Assembly: GCA_002841695.1 (NCBI GenBank)
Contig: PHAN01000003.1
Location: forward strand, 164,849-228,848
Direction: 5' to 3'
DNA from: Elusimicrobia bacterium HGW-Elusimicrobia-1
GTDB taxonomy: Bacteria > Elusimicrobiota > Endomicrobiia > PHAN01
Length of the DNA: 64,000 nt
The position numbers were made by a program, and so were the translations under genes. Of the stretch, positions 8,045 to 17,294 are shown one piece after another (positions within the stretch are counted from its first letter, which is position 1; each line of letters opens with the position of its first letter). The notes under the pieces were generated by a model. It saw only the letters and a list, made by a program, of their open reading frames with translations. It made no database searches and was not told where the DNA came from.

Positions 8045-8736
8045 TTAAACCCGGCGATGTAATTTCTTATCAAACTATGTGTCAGGAAGAAAAATTTAGT
8101 TTACAAAAAGGTATGAATTATCACCTCGCACCTGGCTATAGTGTCATTTTGATGAGCACACAAACTGGTGCGCCATATTCAGATCGCGTCGAGGGTAATG
8201 GTAAAACGCTTATTTATGAGGGGCATGACATCCCTAAAACCAAAGGGGTCGATGATCCGAAAAAATATGATCAGCCTATGAAAAATCCAAGCGGGTCATT
8301 GACGCAAAATGGAATGTTTTTTAAGGCGGCTGGCGAGTATAAAAAGAACGCCAAAAGTCCAGAACTCGTTAAGGTTTATGAAAAAATCAGGCCTGGTATT
8401 TGGGCATACAATGGATTGTTTGAGCTTCAAGATGCTTGGATGGAAAGTGATGGCCGCCGTGACGTGTTTAAGTTTAAATTGGCAATCACGGACGAATCAC
8501 TAAGTGAAAAGAATGCTGAGCAGTCAGATATTGATCATACTCGTATAATTCCGTCGGAAGTCAAGCGTATAGTTTGGGCACGTGATAAGGGTAAGTGTGT
8601 CGAGTGTGGTGCGGTCGATAATCTTCATTTTGACCATATTATTCCTTACAGTAAAGGTGGCTCTTCGCGCGACGCAGAAAATATCCAACTTCTTTGCGCG
8701 AGACATAATTTGGCAAAGAGGGATAGGATTGGATAA
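8041..8736 (+). CDS. HNH endonuclease with an N-terminal SRA/PUA-like domain (putative restriction nuclease)
   Basis: VWARDKGKCVECG...LHFDHIIPYSKGGS...NIQLLCARHN; N-terminal PYSD....GKTLIYEGHD (domain assignment is inference). Confidence 0.8.
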   Translation: MIKPGDVISYQTMCQEEKFSLQKGMNYHLAPGYSVILMSTQTGAPYSDRVEGNGKTLIYEGHDIPKTKGVDDPKKYDQPMKNPSGSLTQNGMFFKAAGEYKKNAKSPELVKVYEKIRPGIWAYNGLFELQDAWMESDGRRDVFKFKLAITDESLSEKNAEQSDIDHTRIIPSEVKRIVWARDKGKCVECGAVDNLHFDHIIPYSKGGSSRDAENIQLLCARHNLAKRDRIG

Positions 8737-8752
8737 TATCAGAGGGCTTGCT

Positions 8753-9151
8753 ATGAATATTTCCGAGTTTATTAGGTTCGACAATCTTGTTTTGTTGCCA
8801 GCTTTGCTGGCTGTATTGAAGAAGTTTTATGACGCGGCTTTGAGGTATCAGACGTATCATTTCAAGGAATATTTTCTGGTCCCCACGCGTTTCGAGCGGT
8901 GGCTTATGCATGTTGGATTGCTCGGCATGTGTTTTTGTATCTGTTTTTCGTTTACTGCAAAGAGTATTCTTGTGTTGCGTGAGTATATGTGGTTTATCCA
9001 ATTTATTTGCGTTTGTGCGCTTAATGTTGCTGTTATAAGTTGTTCTGTGATGCCTCCGCTTAGGGCTGGCAAAAGTGAATTTAAAATAATTTACAGTCGC
9101 AATATTCTGAGGGGTAAATATTATAATAAAAATGGGGGACTGTTTTTCTGA
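8753..9151 (+). CDS. Small multi-pass membrane protein, hypothetical
   Basis: AGAGGG RBS before ATG 8753; about three hydrophobic segments; AT-rich. Confidence 0.5.
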   Translation: MNISEFIRFDNLVLLPALLAVLKKFYDAALRYQTYHFKEYFLVPTRFERWLMHVGLLGMCFCICFSFTAKSILVLREYMWFIQFICVCALNVAVISCSVMPPLRAGKSEFKIIYSRNILRGKYYNKNGGLFF

Positions 9152-9247
9152 GAGAGTGGGGGGGGAGACGCTAAACCACAACCCACGGCTCGGTTTTGTA
9201 ACTGTGGTGTTGTCGCTTGAATCGGGGCTGTTGAATGTGGAGGCAAT

Positions 9248-9784
9248 ATGTCAAAAAAGCAAATCGTAAAATCATCCCGCCCACCGGTTTTCGCCGCAAT
9301 AGATTTTGAAACTGCCGACTATTGGCACGACAGCGCGTGCTCTGTGGCTGTAGTGCGGGTGGAAGACAATAAGATTGTCGAGCGCGTCCATCACTACATC
9401 CGCCCCCCGCGCCAGGAATTTGTTTTTACGCACGTGCACGGTATCACGTGGGAAGATGTGGTCGATGCTCCCAAATTCTCTCAGATATGGCCCGACTTGC
9501 ACAAAGTAATTTCAGGCGTTGAGTTTCTTGCGGCGCACAACGCCCCTTTTGATCGTGCGGTGCTCGATAAATGTTGTAGTAAGGCGAATTTTAAACTGCC
9601 CGATGTTCCGTTTCAATGCACTATGCGTCTTGCCAGAGAGATTTGGGGGCTAAGGCCGACTAAATTATCCGATGTCTGCGCGCATTTAGACATACCGTTG
9701 CAACATCATAACGCTAAATCTGATGCCGAGGCGTGCGCAAAGATTGTGATCGCAGCCATGAAAGCAGGCGCGTCTTTGTCTTAG
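9248..9784 (+). CDS. DEDDh 3'-5' exonuclease (DnaQ-like)
   Basis: AIDFETA, AHNAPFD, HHNAKSDA (Exo I-III motifs). Confidence 0.9.
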   Translation: MSKKQIVKSSRPPVFAAIDFETADYWHDSACSVAVVRVEDNKIVERVHHYIRPPRQEFVFTHVHGITWEDVVDAPKFSQIWPDLHKVISGVEFLAAHNAPFDRAVLDKCCSKANFKLPDVPFQCTMRLAREIWGLRPTKLSDVCAHLDIPLQHHNAKSDAEACAKIVIAAMKAGASLS

Positions 9785-9832
9785 TAGATTTTTTGGGGGG
9801 CGGGTATTTTTGAAGGGAACAATCCTAAAAAC

Positions 9833-10288
9833 TCAACCTATCAGCCACGCCTCGCCGGTGGGTTTGCGGGGCTGGCGCTTGAAACCTTTCGTAGATTTTA
9901 CGGAGAGTTTTACTTTTGATTCGGCTTTCTGAGAAAATCCTTCGGTGTGAGATGATACCATCGCCTCGAACGCGTTTATCACGGCGAGGCGTTTTTTATC
10001 GTTCAGACGTTCAAGTCGTCGCCACATGGCCAGCCATCGCGTCAGACCCGGTTTGGGCGGATTCGGTAAATATCCTTCTTCATCGCCGGCAAATACTCCG
10101 AAGTCCGCGTTCAACGCCCGTGCCATTTTTGCTACCGTCACAATCGACGGCTTTTTGACGCCGCGCTCGACGTCGCTTATAAACTTCGCCGAAACGCCCG
10201 ACGCTTCGGATAGTTTTTCTTGAGTGATTCCGGCCTCTTCTCTCCGTGCTCTGAGCGTTTGCGCCACGTTTTTGTAGATTTTTTCCAT
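9833..10288 (-). CDS. XRE-family HTH regulator
   Basis: LRARREEAGITQEKLSEASGVSAKFISDVERG..KPSI HTH_3 motif. Confidence 0.85.
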   Translation of the reverse strand: MEKIYKNVAQTLRARREEAGITQEKLSEASGVSAKFISDVERGVKKPSIVTVAKMARALNADFGVFAGDEEGYLPNPPKPGLTRWLAMWRRLERLNDKKRLAVINAFEAMVSSHTEGFSQKAESKVKLSVKSTKGFKRQPRKPTGEAWLIG

Positions 10289-10378
10289 AAGTCAAATCCC
10301 GCCTTTGCGCTCGCCTTGCGGTTCACGCTTTAGGGCGATTATTTTACAATATCCCCGCCGCGTCACACTACCACCTAA

Positions 10379-10434
10379 AAGGCGTATTAAATATCGCCTT
10401 ATGGCTTGACTTTGCCCTCTTGATTTTCTATAAT
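10379..10434 (+). promoter_or_regulatory. Near-consensus sigma70 promoter with adjacent inverted-repeat operator, divergent from the XRE gene
   Basis: TTGACT(10406)-17bp-TATAAT(10429); AAGGCG-N10-CGCCTT at 10379-10400; further CGCCTT boxes at ~10300 and ~10312. Confidence 0.7.
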
Positions 10435-10464
10435 CTACGTAAATCCAGCAAGGGAGGGAAAGTC

Positions 10465-10884
10465 ATGAAAAAAGTTTTTACCCCATTGGTTTTGTTGATA
10501 CTTGTAGGTTTTATCGGATGCGCCACTGCCCCCGTCTGGCGGCCGCTTTTCCCGCCCGAATATAAAGTAAGCAAGGATTTTGACAAGGTTTGGCCCAAAA
10601 TAGTCGCCGCTATTTCGGAAGATTTCGATATTGCAATACTGGAAAAAGAATCTGGATACCTACAAACTAACTGGAAGGAAAAACGAGGTTTTCTCGGAGC
10701 CAAGGAAACAAGAACAAGGGTTTCCGTCAGGACTCAGAAGAAAACTGCCCCGCTTGAGATTGATGTCCGTGCCGAGAAACAGGGTTGGGAATCGTGGACG
10801 GAACAATGGATAGATAAGGGCAATGACGTTGACCTCGAAGAAAAAGTGCGTAATGCTGTTGCGCGGAAATTGATGGGCGACTGA
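10465..10884 (+). CDS. Lipoprotein (BamC-like helix-grip fold possible)
   Basis: GGAGG RBS; MKK + hydrophobic core + FIGC lipobox; EKESGYLQTNW. Confidence 0.65.
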   Translation: MKKVFTPLVLLILVGFIGCATAPVWRPLFPPEYKVSKDFDKVWPKIVAAISEDFDIAILEKESGYLQTNWKEKRGFLGAKETRTRVSVRTQKKTAPLEIDVRAEKQGWESWTEQWIDKGNDVDLEEKVRNAVARKLMGD

Positions 10885-10897
10885 TTTTAGGGGATTT

Positions 10898-13624
10898 ATG
10901 AAGAATGTAAAACATTTTCTTGTCGCCGTGGCGGTAGGGCTCACTATTTTTGCACCTCTTCGCGCCCAGCAAAAAGCCCCGCCACAAAACCTCGAAACAA
11001 AACCCATCGAATACGTTCCTGACGAGATACTTGTTATCTATAAACCCAACGCTTCGGAAAATCAAATATCTTCAATGCTTTCATCTAAGGGGTCGCTTGC
11101 CACCGGGGAGTTTTTTGCCACTCACGAGAAGAAGCGTAAAGTCAGAAGGATTAAAATAAAAAAAGGCAAGACGATTGCCGAGAGCGTCGCGGATTTCAGG
11201 AAAAATCCTCTCGTAGAACATGCTCAGCCGAACTACATTTATTATTTGAACGCAGTCCCAAACGACACTTCGTTTAATCAGCTTTGGGGGCTTAAGAACA
11301 CGGGGCAAACGGTCGACGGAACAGCCGGTACGGCGGATGCCGATATAGACGCCGATTATGCCTGGGATATAACGACGGGCACGACCGCCGTGGTGGTTGC
11401 GGTGATTGATTCGGGTATAGCGGCGGCCAATCCCGACTTGTCAGCGAACATTTGGGCCGGGAGTGGTTATGATTTTTTCGATGACGATTCGGATGCCACT
11501 GACTACAACACTCACGGAACGCATGTCGCGGGAACCATAGGCGCTGTGGGCAATAACTCAAGCGGAATAACCGGCGTTAACTGGCGCACAAAGATAATGC
11601 CCATAAAAGTTTTTGGCGTTTCGGGGAGCGGCTCCAAGAGTGATACGCTGATTAAGGGCATCAATCATGCTGTTTCCGGCGGGGCAAAAATAATAAATGC
11701 AAGTTTAAGCGGGTATGGCGGCTACGACGGAGATTTGACATATCAGGCAATACAGGCGGCGAAAAATGCCGGAGTTTTATTTGTCGCGGCAGCCGGAAAT
11801 GACGCCGACAACAACGATACCAAACCGAAATATCCGGCTTCTTACAACTTATCAAATATAATTTCTGTGGCCGCGACCGACCAGAACGATAATCTGGCGT
11901 CTTTTTCAAACTATGGGGCAACCAAAGTCCACCTTGCTGCGCCCGGCGTAAACATATACAGCACAGTGGCCATTTATGACGAGGGTTCATCAACTGTATA
12001 TAGCACGGGTTTTGACGGGGATTATACCGGAGATTGGTACACTAAAGGCACAAACAATACTTGGAGTATAAACAGTGAGCAGAGGGTTTCGTTACCTAAC
12101 AGTTTACAAGACAGCCTTGGCGGAAATTACACCGATAATCTGGTGTCTACACAGACCTTTGCTTACTGCAATACGCCCATCACTTACACCAAGGACAGTA
12201 AATACTTTTTGAACTTCAAAGTTAGATATGACCTTGAGAATAATTATGACTTTCTTGACATAATTGTTTCTGTTGATAAAACCAACTGGTTGCCGCTTTA
12301 TCTGTTCACGGGAAACAGTAATGACAGAAGAACGGGATCATCAGGCGGTGTTTTTTCACAGGCATCTATAGATATAACATCTTTGGTTGAAGTATATGGA
12401 GTGCGTTATTTCGGTTTCGGCATTTCATCCGACTCCTCATATAATTACGACGGGGTTTATATAGATGATGTTAGTGTTGTCCGTAAGCCACTAAGCATAA
12501 ACTCTTATTCTCTTGCTTACAAAGACGGCACCTCGATGGCCGCGCCGCATGTGGCCGGAGCGGCGGCACTTGTGTTGGCATCCAATCCAAACTTAAGTGT
12601 CGAACAATTGCGCGCAGTGTTACTCGGTGGCGTCGAACAGAAAGCGTCTTTGAGCGGTAAGGTTTCGACGGGAGGGCGTCTGAATGTATTTAAGGTGATG
12701 TCTATACCCGTTGCTCCGTCGGGAGTGGCGGGCGCGGCGCTTTCTACATCCTCAATACGATGGACTTGGAACGATAACTCCGTCAATGAGAAAAAATTCA
12801 TAGTCAAAAATGCGGCGGGGGGAACCTTGGTAGAGGTTTCGTCTAATATTGTGCAGTGGGTTCAGGGAGGACTGTCCCCGAATACGTCTGCCAGTGTGTC
12901 TATAGCGGCATACAACGACGCGATATCCGACTACAGCGAGTCATTCTGGTATCAGTGGTCATCATTGCTTTCCGGTCAGGTCTACACCCTCGCCAACCCG
13001 CCTGTGCAACCAGCCGTTTCCTCCGCTTCCAAAGCGGGCGGTATTGCGCTTTCATGGGGCGCCAACGGGAATCCCTCGCAGACCCGCTGGCCGATACAAA
13101 GAGCAAAAAACGACGGCGATTTTTCAACTATCGTCGACTCCGACGATGCACTTACGGATATAACCTATACCGACCATGCTATAACAGGCGGCTCTACTTA
13201 TTATTATCGCATAGCCGCGCTGAACGGTGATACCGTTGCGTCATCTTTTGCCTTGACAGTTTCCACGTATATCTCCACGCAAGATCCTACGAACCCGTCG
13301 GAGGAACCGACACTTGCTCGCGGCGAGGCCGGGGTGCAGTATGTGAGCGCAGGCGTCGATAGGGGATATTTTAATCCGTCTGCCGGTGAAAAAGTAAATA
13401 TTTATTTCGTGCCTGCTGTCGACGGCGTCGTTAAGATAAGCATTACGCCTCTCGACGGAAGCGCGGCCTATACCGAGGAAAAAAATGTTTCTGCGGGCCG
13501 CTCCGCTTTCTTTGAGTGGCGCGGGACGTTTCACGGAGGAAGAACGGCGACAAGCGGAATATATCCTGCCTTTATTGAAGGCGCGGGAATCAGGAAAATA
13601 AAAAAGATATGCGTGATTCGATAA
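10898..13624 (+). CDS. Secreted S8 subtilisin-like protease with inserted domain, FN3-like repeats and a C-terminal sorting-like domain
   Basis: Signal peptide; triad motifs VAVIDSG, HGTHVAG, GTSMAAP; oxyanion AAAGN; C-terminal FNPSAGE...W.G...SGIY. Confidence 0.9.
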   Translation: MKNVKHFLVAVAVGLTIFAPLRAQQKAPPQNLETKPIEYVPDEILVIYKPNASENQISSMLSSKGSLATGEFFATHEKKRKVRRIKIKKGKTIAESVADFRKNPLVEHAQPNYIYYLNAVPNDTSFNQLWGLKNTGQTVDGTAGTADADIDADYAWDITTGTTAVVVAVIDSGIAAANPDLSANIWAGSGYDFFDDDSDATDYNTHGTHVAGTIGAVGNNSSGITGVNWRTKIMPIKVFGVSGSGSKSDTLIKGINHAVSGGAKIINASLSGYGGYDGDLTYQAIQAAKNAGVLFVAAAGNDADNNDTKPKYPASYNLSNIISVAATDQNDNLASFSNYGATKVHLAAPGVNIYSTVAIYDEGSSTVYSTGFDGDYTGDWYTKGTNNTWSINSEQRVSLPNSLQDSLGGNYTDNLVSTQTFAYCNTPITYTKDSKYFLNFKVRYDLENNYDFLDIIVSVDKTNWLPLYLFTGNSNDRRTGSSGGVFSQASIDITSLVEVYGVRYFGFGISSDSSYNYDGVYIDDVSVVRKPLSINSYSLAYKDGTSMAAPHVAGAAALVLASNPNLSVEQLRAVLLGGVEQKASLSGKVSTGGRLNVFKVMSIPVAPSGVAGAALSTSSIRWTWNDNSVNEKKFIVKNAAGGTLVEVSSNIVQWVQGGLSPNTSASVSIAAYNDAISDYSESFWYQWSSLLSGQVYTLANPPVQPAVSSASKAGGIALSWGANGNPSQTRWPIQRAKNDGDFSTIVDSDDALTDITYTDHAITGGSTYYYRIAALNGDTVASSFALTVSTYISTQDPTNPSEEPTLARGEAGVQYVSAGVDRGYFNPSAGEKVNIYFVPAVDGVVKISITPLDGSAAYTEEKNVSAGRSAFFEWRGTFHGGRTATSGIYPAFIEGAGIRKIKKICVIR

Positions 13625-14544
13625 ATAATTTAAGAGTATTCACAAACAGATGGGCCATGTCGGCGGCAGTTGTATCCGCGCTTTTTTTTGCCGCCGGAAT
13701 TTGCCGGGCCGAAATACTACTTACAAAACCGCCGTCGGCCCGCCTTGCCGCAAGCGAGGTCTTCGCAGCCACCGACGGACTTCCGTCGTCTCTGCTCGTT
13801 AACCCGGCGATGATAGCCGTTTCAGATTACTCGCTCGAAACCTCGGTATCAAGAGGTTTTATGGGCGACGACGCATATTATTACGCGGGTGCGGTTAAAA
13901 ACTTTCAAAGAAAAGTCGACCAAAAGAACTTTGGCGATATCCGCGCGGGCATTTTCGTCGGTCACTATGATGGCGGTCCGCTTGAGTTTTATGACAGTTT
14001 GGGTCGTGCCCGTACGGTGAAAGCGCAAAGCGATTATATGGCCGCCATCGGCGTTAGCGCCGTGCGCGGCGAGGGCTCTATCGGAGCGGGCGTCAAGATT
14101 TATTCTTCTCGTCTCGCCGACTATGCCGCTGCCTCCGCGATTGCTTTTGATATAGGCACTATTTCCCGCGACCCGAAGAGTGATTTTTTTGTGGGGTTTG
14201 CCGTGAAAAATATCGGCTCGTCGATGAAATACATCACCGAGGAAGAAAAACTTCCTCTGACTGCGGCCTGTATCATCGGCGCGGCCGGGAAAAATTATAC
14301 TGCCGGCGTTAACATCCCATATAACGTGCGCGACGCGATACTTTCGCCAGAGGCGGGTGTTGAGGCGATTATCGACGGGACTTTTTTTCTTCGCGGCGGA
14401 TACAAAAGCAGTGCCGTCGAGACTTTCGCCGTAGGTTTTGGGCTTAATCTTGCCGCGCGTTCGCTCAGACTCGACTACACTATGGGCATAAACAAGATTT
14501 TTGAAAATACACACAGCATCTCGATTTCTTATTCGCCACGTTGA
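13609..14544 (+). CDS. PorV/PorQ (UPF0164)-like outer-membrane beta-barrel
   Basis: PSARLAA....A......LLVNPA N-terminal motif; AFDIG, VKNIG, LRGGY, LDY...THSISISY; true start may be ATG 13657. Confidence 0.7.
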   Translation: MRDSINNLRVFTNRWAMSAAVVSALFFAAGICRAEILLTKPPSARLAASEVFAATDGLPSSLLVNPAMIAVSDYSLETSVSRGFMGDDAYYYAGAVKNFQRKVDQKNFGDIRAGIFVGHYDGGPLEFYDSLGRARTVKAQSDYMAAIGVSAVRGEGSIGAGVKIYSSRLADYAAASAIAFDIGTISRDPKSDFFVGFAVKNIGSSMKYITEEEKLPLTAACIIGAAGKNYTAGVNIPYNVRDAILSPEAGVEAIIDGTFFLRGGYKSSAVETFAVGFGLNLAARSLRLDYTMGINKIFENTHSISISYSPR

Positions 14545-14579
14545 CAAAACGTGCAAGATTGTGTTTTGCATGGCACCGC

Positions 14580-14730
14580 TTGACACGCCCCGACCAGATT
14601 TGTAGAATTATCTCGTATGAAGTAAATGGTCATGCGGGGGTTGGATGAAAGTTTGTATGCTTTCGGGGAAAAACGGTTCAAAAAAATGACAGCCCGTGCG
14701 GCTTTCTGCCGCCGCGGGCTTTTTTGGTTT
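14580..14730 (+). promoter_or_regulatory. Repeated leader module, copy D (diverged)
   Basis: TTGACA(14580)-17bp-TAGAAT(14603); GCGGGGG; TGAAAGT-ttgtat-GCTTTCG hairpin at ATG 14645; AGCCCGT-GCGGC/GCCGC-c-GCGGGCT followed by TTTTT. Confidence 0.7.
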
Positions 14731-14827
14731 ACGGTTGAACCATGATTGGTTGGAGTATTGCACGGAAAGTAGCAGTTCGTCTTTGCTGCTTACGCGGATA
14801 GTATAGTATTTGTGTGGTGGTAATGGA

Positions 14828-15289
14828 ATGATAACAGCAGAATCAAAATTACGCGTTGCTGTAAAAACCCTTCAGAGTGCTAGAAAAAAACTCCACGCCG
14901 ATTTCCCAGAATGGAATTTCACTCTCGACGGCAAGCTTATTGGTGACATTGGCGAAGCATACGCAAAAGCACATTTTAGCCTTGTAAAAATAGATAGTAA
15001 TAGTAAAGCTCACGACTTTAAGGCGCCCGACGGACGTCTTGTACAGGTCAAAATTACCCAAAAAAAGACATTGGGACTGGGGATCTCTGCTCCTACCTTC
15101 GACTATTTTATAGCTCTTTGCTTGAGTGAAAATGGAGATTTCCAAGTCGTTTACAATGGCAAAGGTTCTAGAGTGTATAAGCGTAAAGGGCACCCCCCGA
15201 AAAAATCCATTTCTGTAATAAAACTGAAAGAATTAAATAAGCAGGTGGATAAATCGGAAACAATTCCCAGTAAGCAGAACACCAAATAA
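14828..15289 (+). CDS. DUF6998-like PD-(D/E)xK nuclease-fold protein
   Basis: FTLDGKLIGDIGE...HDFKAPDGRLVQVKITQ (E...D...QxK). Confidence 0.6.
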   Translation: MITAESKLRVAVKTLQSARKKLHADFPEWNFTLDGKLIGDIGEAYAKAHFSLVKIDSNSKAHDFKAPDGRLVQVKITQKKTLGLGISAPTFDYFIALCLSENGDFQVVYNGKGSRVYKRKGHPPKKSISVIKLKELNKQVDKSETIPSKQNTK

Positions 15290-15426
15290 GTAAATGTACC
15301 GGATACTCGTTCCTCGTGACGATGGTTATTGTATCAAGTGTCTATGAAAATAACTCTAAAGGTTATCGGAGATATGCTTGTATCTTTAATTTAGTTTGTG
15401 GCCGCGAACGATAACTATGTATTCAC

Positions 15427-16404
15427 ATGATGGCAATAATAACCATGCCGACTGATGAAGAGCTGGAGCAAGCAAATAGATTTCGCACCTATCTGAACTA
15501 TCTCAGTGCAATTTCTGATTTTCTCGGAGATGTTTACGCTCACCCGGAAAGTATTATCAGTCCGATAGTACAGACATCAGTATTCCAATCAATCCAAGGC
15601 GGGCGTAGCATAGACACCGGAAGAATGGCTGAGCTATTACGCAACGCGTGGTTCACAGAGATTCAAATGAGAATTTCTGCTCAGTATGATGAATTCGTTT
15701 CTTACTCCAACCATTGGATACCCGTTCAAGCTTATTACGCAAGCTATTTGGCCCTCCGCGCCTATTTCAATGCAAGCGGACAAACTGTTGGACGAGAGCA
15801 TGGTTCAAATCTTAAGGCGATTGCCGAGGAAATTAGTCGCCGACCGCTTTTATACCCTCAACCTTGGCGTGTGGTTTGTGCCGGTAATCCTGAAACTTCA
15901 GATTGTCAACTGCGCCATCTCCCGAATGATGTCACCGTCTCTCCAATTTCAAGTCTCATGTCAAGTTGGCGAGTTTCATTTTGGGATTCTTATGCTAAGT
16001 TTTTAAGAACTACACGCCTGCGCCATTTGCAAAAGCAATGCGATGATTGGAAGGAATCTAACAATCGCAAGCGTGTCTGCTCGAATGTCAAACGACGATT
16101 CATAGATAATTTATCTCCGACAACACTGTTCCATTGCCTTTATCGTTTACGTTTGCGCTCAAACTATTCCGATGCTGACTCGTTCCTTCTGTCTGTTGCC
16201 GGTTCTGCCGATGGTATATCTTTTCATGCCGCCTTGCGGAAAATTTGTTGGGGCACGCTCTTGATATTGGAAACTCTCACTGCCCGATATATCGGTAAGC
16301 TTGAATTTGAAAATATTGTCAATAGTTTCAGACGCTATGAACGTAGTGCGGTCTCTGATGAATTAATTGGCCTTCGATGGGAGAAGGTTCGTTCTCTGTG
16401 GTGA
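15427..16404 (+). CDS. Hypothetical protein with HEPN-like motifs
   Basis: QAYYASYLALRAY helix, H in GREHG and late R-X4-Y (RLRSNY) resemble a split HEPN fold. Confidence 0.5.
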   Translation: MMAIITMPTDEELEQANRFRTYLNYLSAISDFLGDVYAHPESIISPIVQTSVFQSIQGGRSIDTGRMAELLRNAWFTEIQMRISAQYDEFVSYSNHWIPVQAYYASYLALRAYFNASGQTVGREHGSNLKAIAEEISRRPLLYPQPWRVVCAGNPETSDCQLRHLPNDVTVSPISSLMSSWRVSFWDSYAKFLRTTRLRHLQKQCDDWKESNNRKRVCSNVKRRFIDNLSPTTLFHCLYRLRLRSNYSDADSFLLSVAGSADGISFHAALRKICWGTLLILETLTARYIGKLEFENIVNSFRRYERSAVSDELIGLRWEKVRSLW

Positions 16405-16502
16405 GATTTGCGCGTGCCGAGACCATTTAGAACTAAAGTTGTAATGATCAGGGTAAAGGTTATTGGGAACGCGATAGTAAACAAAGGAGGGTGATTACTA
16501 TT

Positions 16503-17291
16503 ATGATAGAATTATTGAAGCGTTGCGCTATGAATTATTCGACACTGTCTTGCTGCCATCCGCAACCCCATACGTGCGATTGTCCCTCCTGTTTCCACGA
16601 CGGTTTTCGTGGGGGAAAAGATATATATAATTGTCCCAAAAAGGTTAATTACTACGTCATAAATTATGGCCCATCCTTTGTCAGTGAAATCTATCATTAT
16701 TTAAGCAATTCTCAAATTCTTGAAAATAATTTCATGAACAAGAAAATAAAAATATTGTCATTAGGATGTGGTTTCGCCCCAGATTTTTTGGCTGCCACTA
16801 AGTATATTTCAGACAATGACTTATCAATGAGCATTGATTATCATGGAATAGATATGAACGATAGTTGGAAATCCGCAAGATATGAGCTCACAGGTGCCCG
16901 ATTTTCGACTGACGATGTAAGCGTGAATATCGATCTTTCGGGCTATGATATTGTGATAATAGGCAAATTGTTTTCAACGCTTATGAAAAATTCCCTTGGG
17001 GGCAAATTTCTTGACACGTTTAGATGGGCGGTATCAAGTCAACTTAAGAAAAGTGCTTTTGTTATTTTTAATGACATCAATAGTCGGAATAAGGGGCGGG
17101 ATGTATTTCATAACAGAGTGTGTGACCTTTTTACTAGCGTTCGTCAATATTATTGCGATGATCCTCCATACAAAGGCGCGAGTTGGATACCAATCCCAGA
17201 GAATCATATTGTTTGTAGTATTCCTATTGGTTTTGAGCACAGCCCGCTGAGAGAAATAAGACAAAGCGTATTTTTTGAGTATAAAAAATAA
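16503..17291 (+). CDS. SAM-dependent methyltransferase-like protein with a Cys-rich N-terminus
   Basis: AAAGGAGG RBS; ILSLGCGFAPD motif I; YHGID; N-terminal CCHPQPHTCDCPSC. Confidence 0.6.
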   Translation: MIELLKRCAMNYSTLSCCHPQPHTCDCPSCFHDGFRGGKDIYNCPKKVNYYVINYGPSFVSEIYHYLSNSQILENNFMNKKIKILSLGCGFAPDFLAATKYISDNDLSMSIDYHGIDMNDSWKSARYELTGARFSTDDVSVNIDLSGYDIVIIGKLFSTLMKNSLGGKFLDTFRWAVSSQLKKSAFVIFNDINSRNKGRDVFHNRVCDLFTSVRQYYCDDPPYKGASWIPIPENHIVCSIPIGFEHSPLREIRQSVFFEYKK

Positions 17292-17294
17292 CTT

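Noticed and set aside
8582-8752. 5' extension of the membrane-protein ORF overlapping the HNH gene
   Set aside because: A better start with an RBS exists at 8753, after the HNH stop
9170-9240. Hairpin ACAAC-CCACGG...CTGTGG-t-GTTGT before the exonuclease as an attC site
   Set aside because: R and L box spacing and complementarity do not fit convincingly; single occurrence
14687-14689. In-frame TGA before a hairpin in module D as selenocysteine recoding
   Set aside because: The hairpin is the shared terminator stem, the readthrough frame closes shortly after, and there is no selenoprotein similarity
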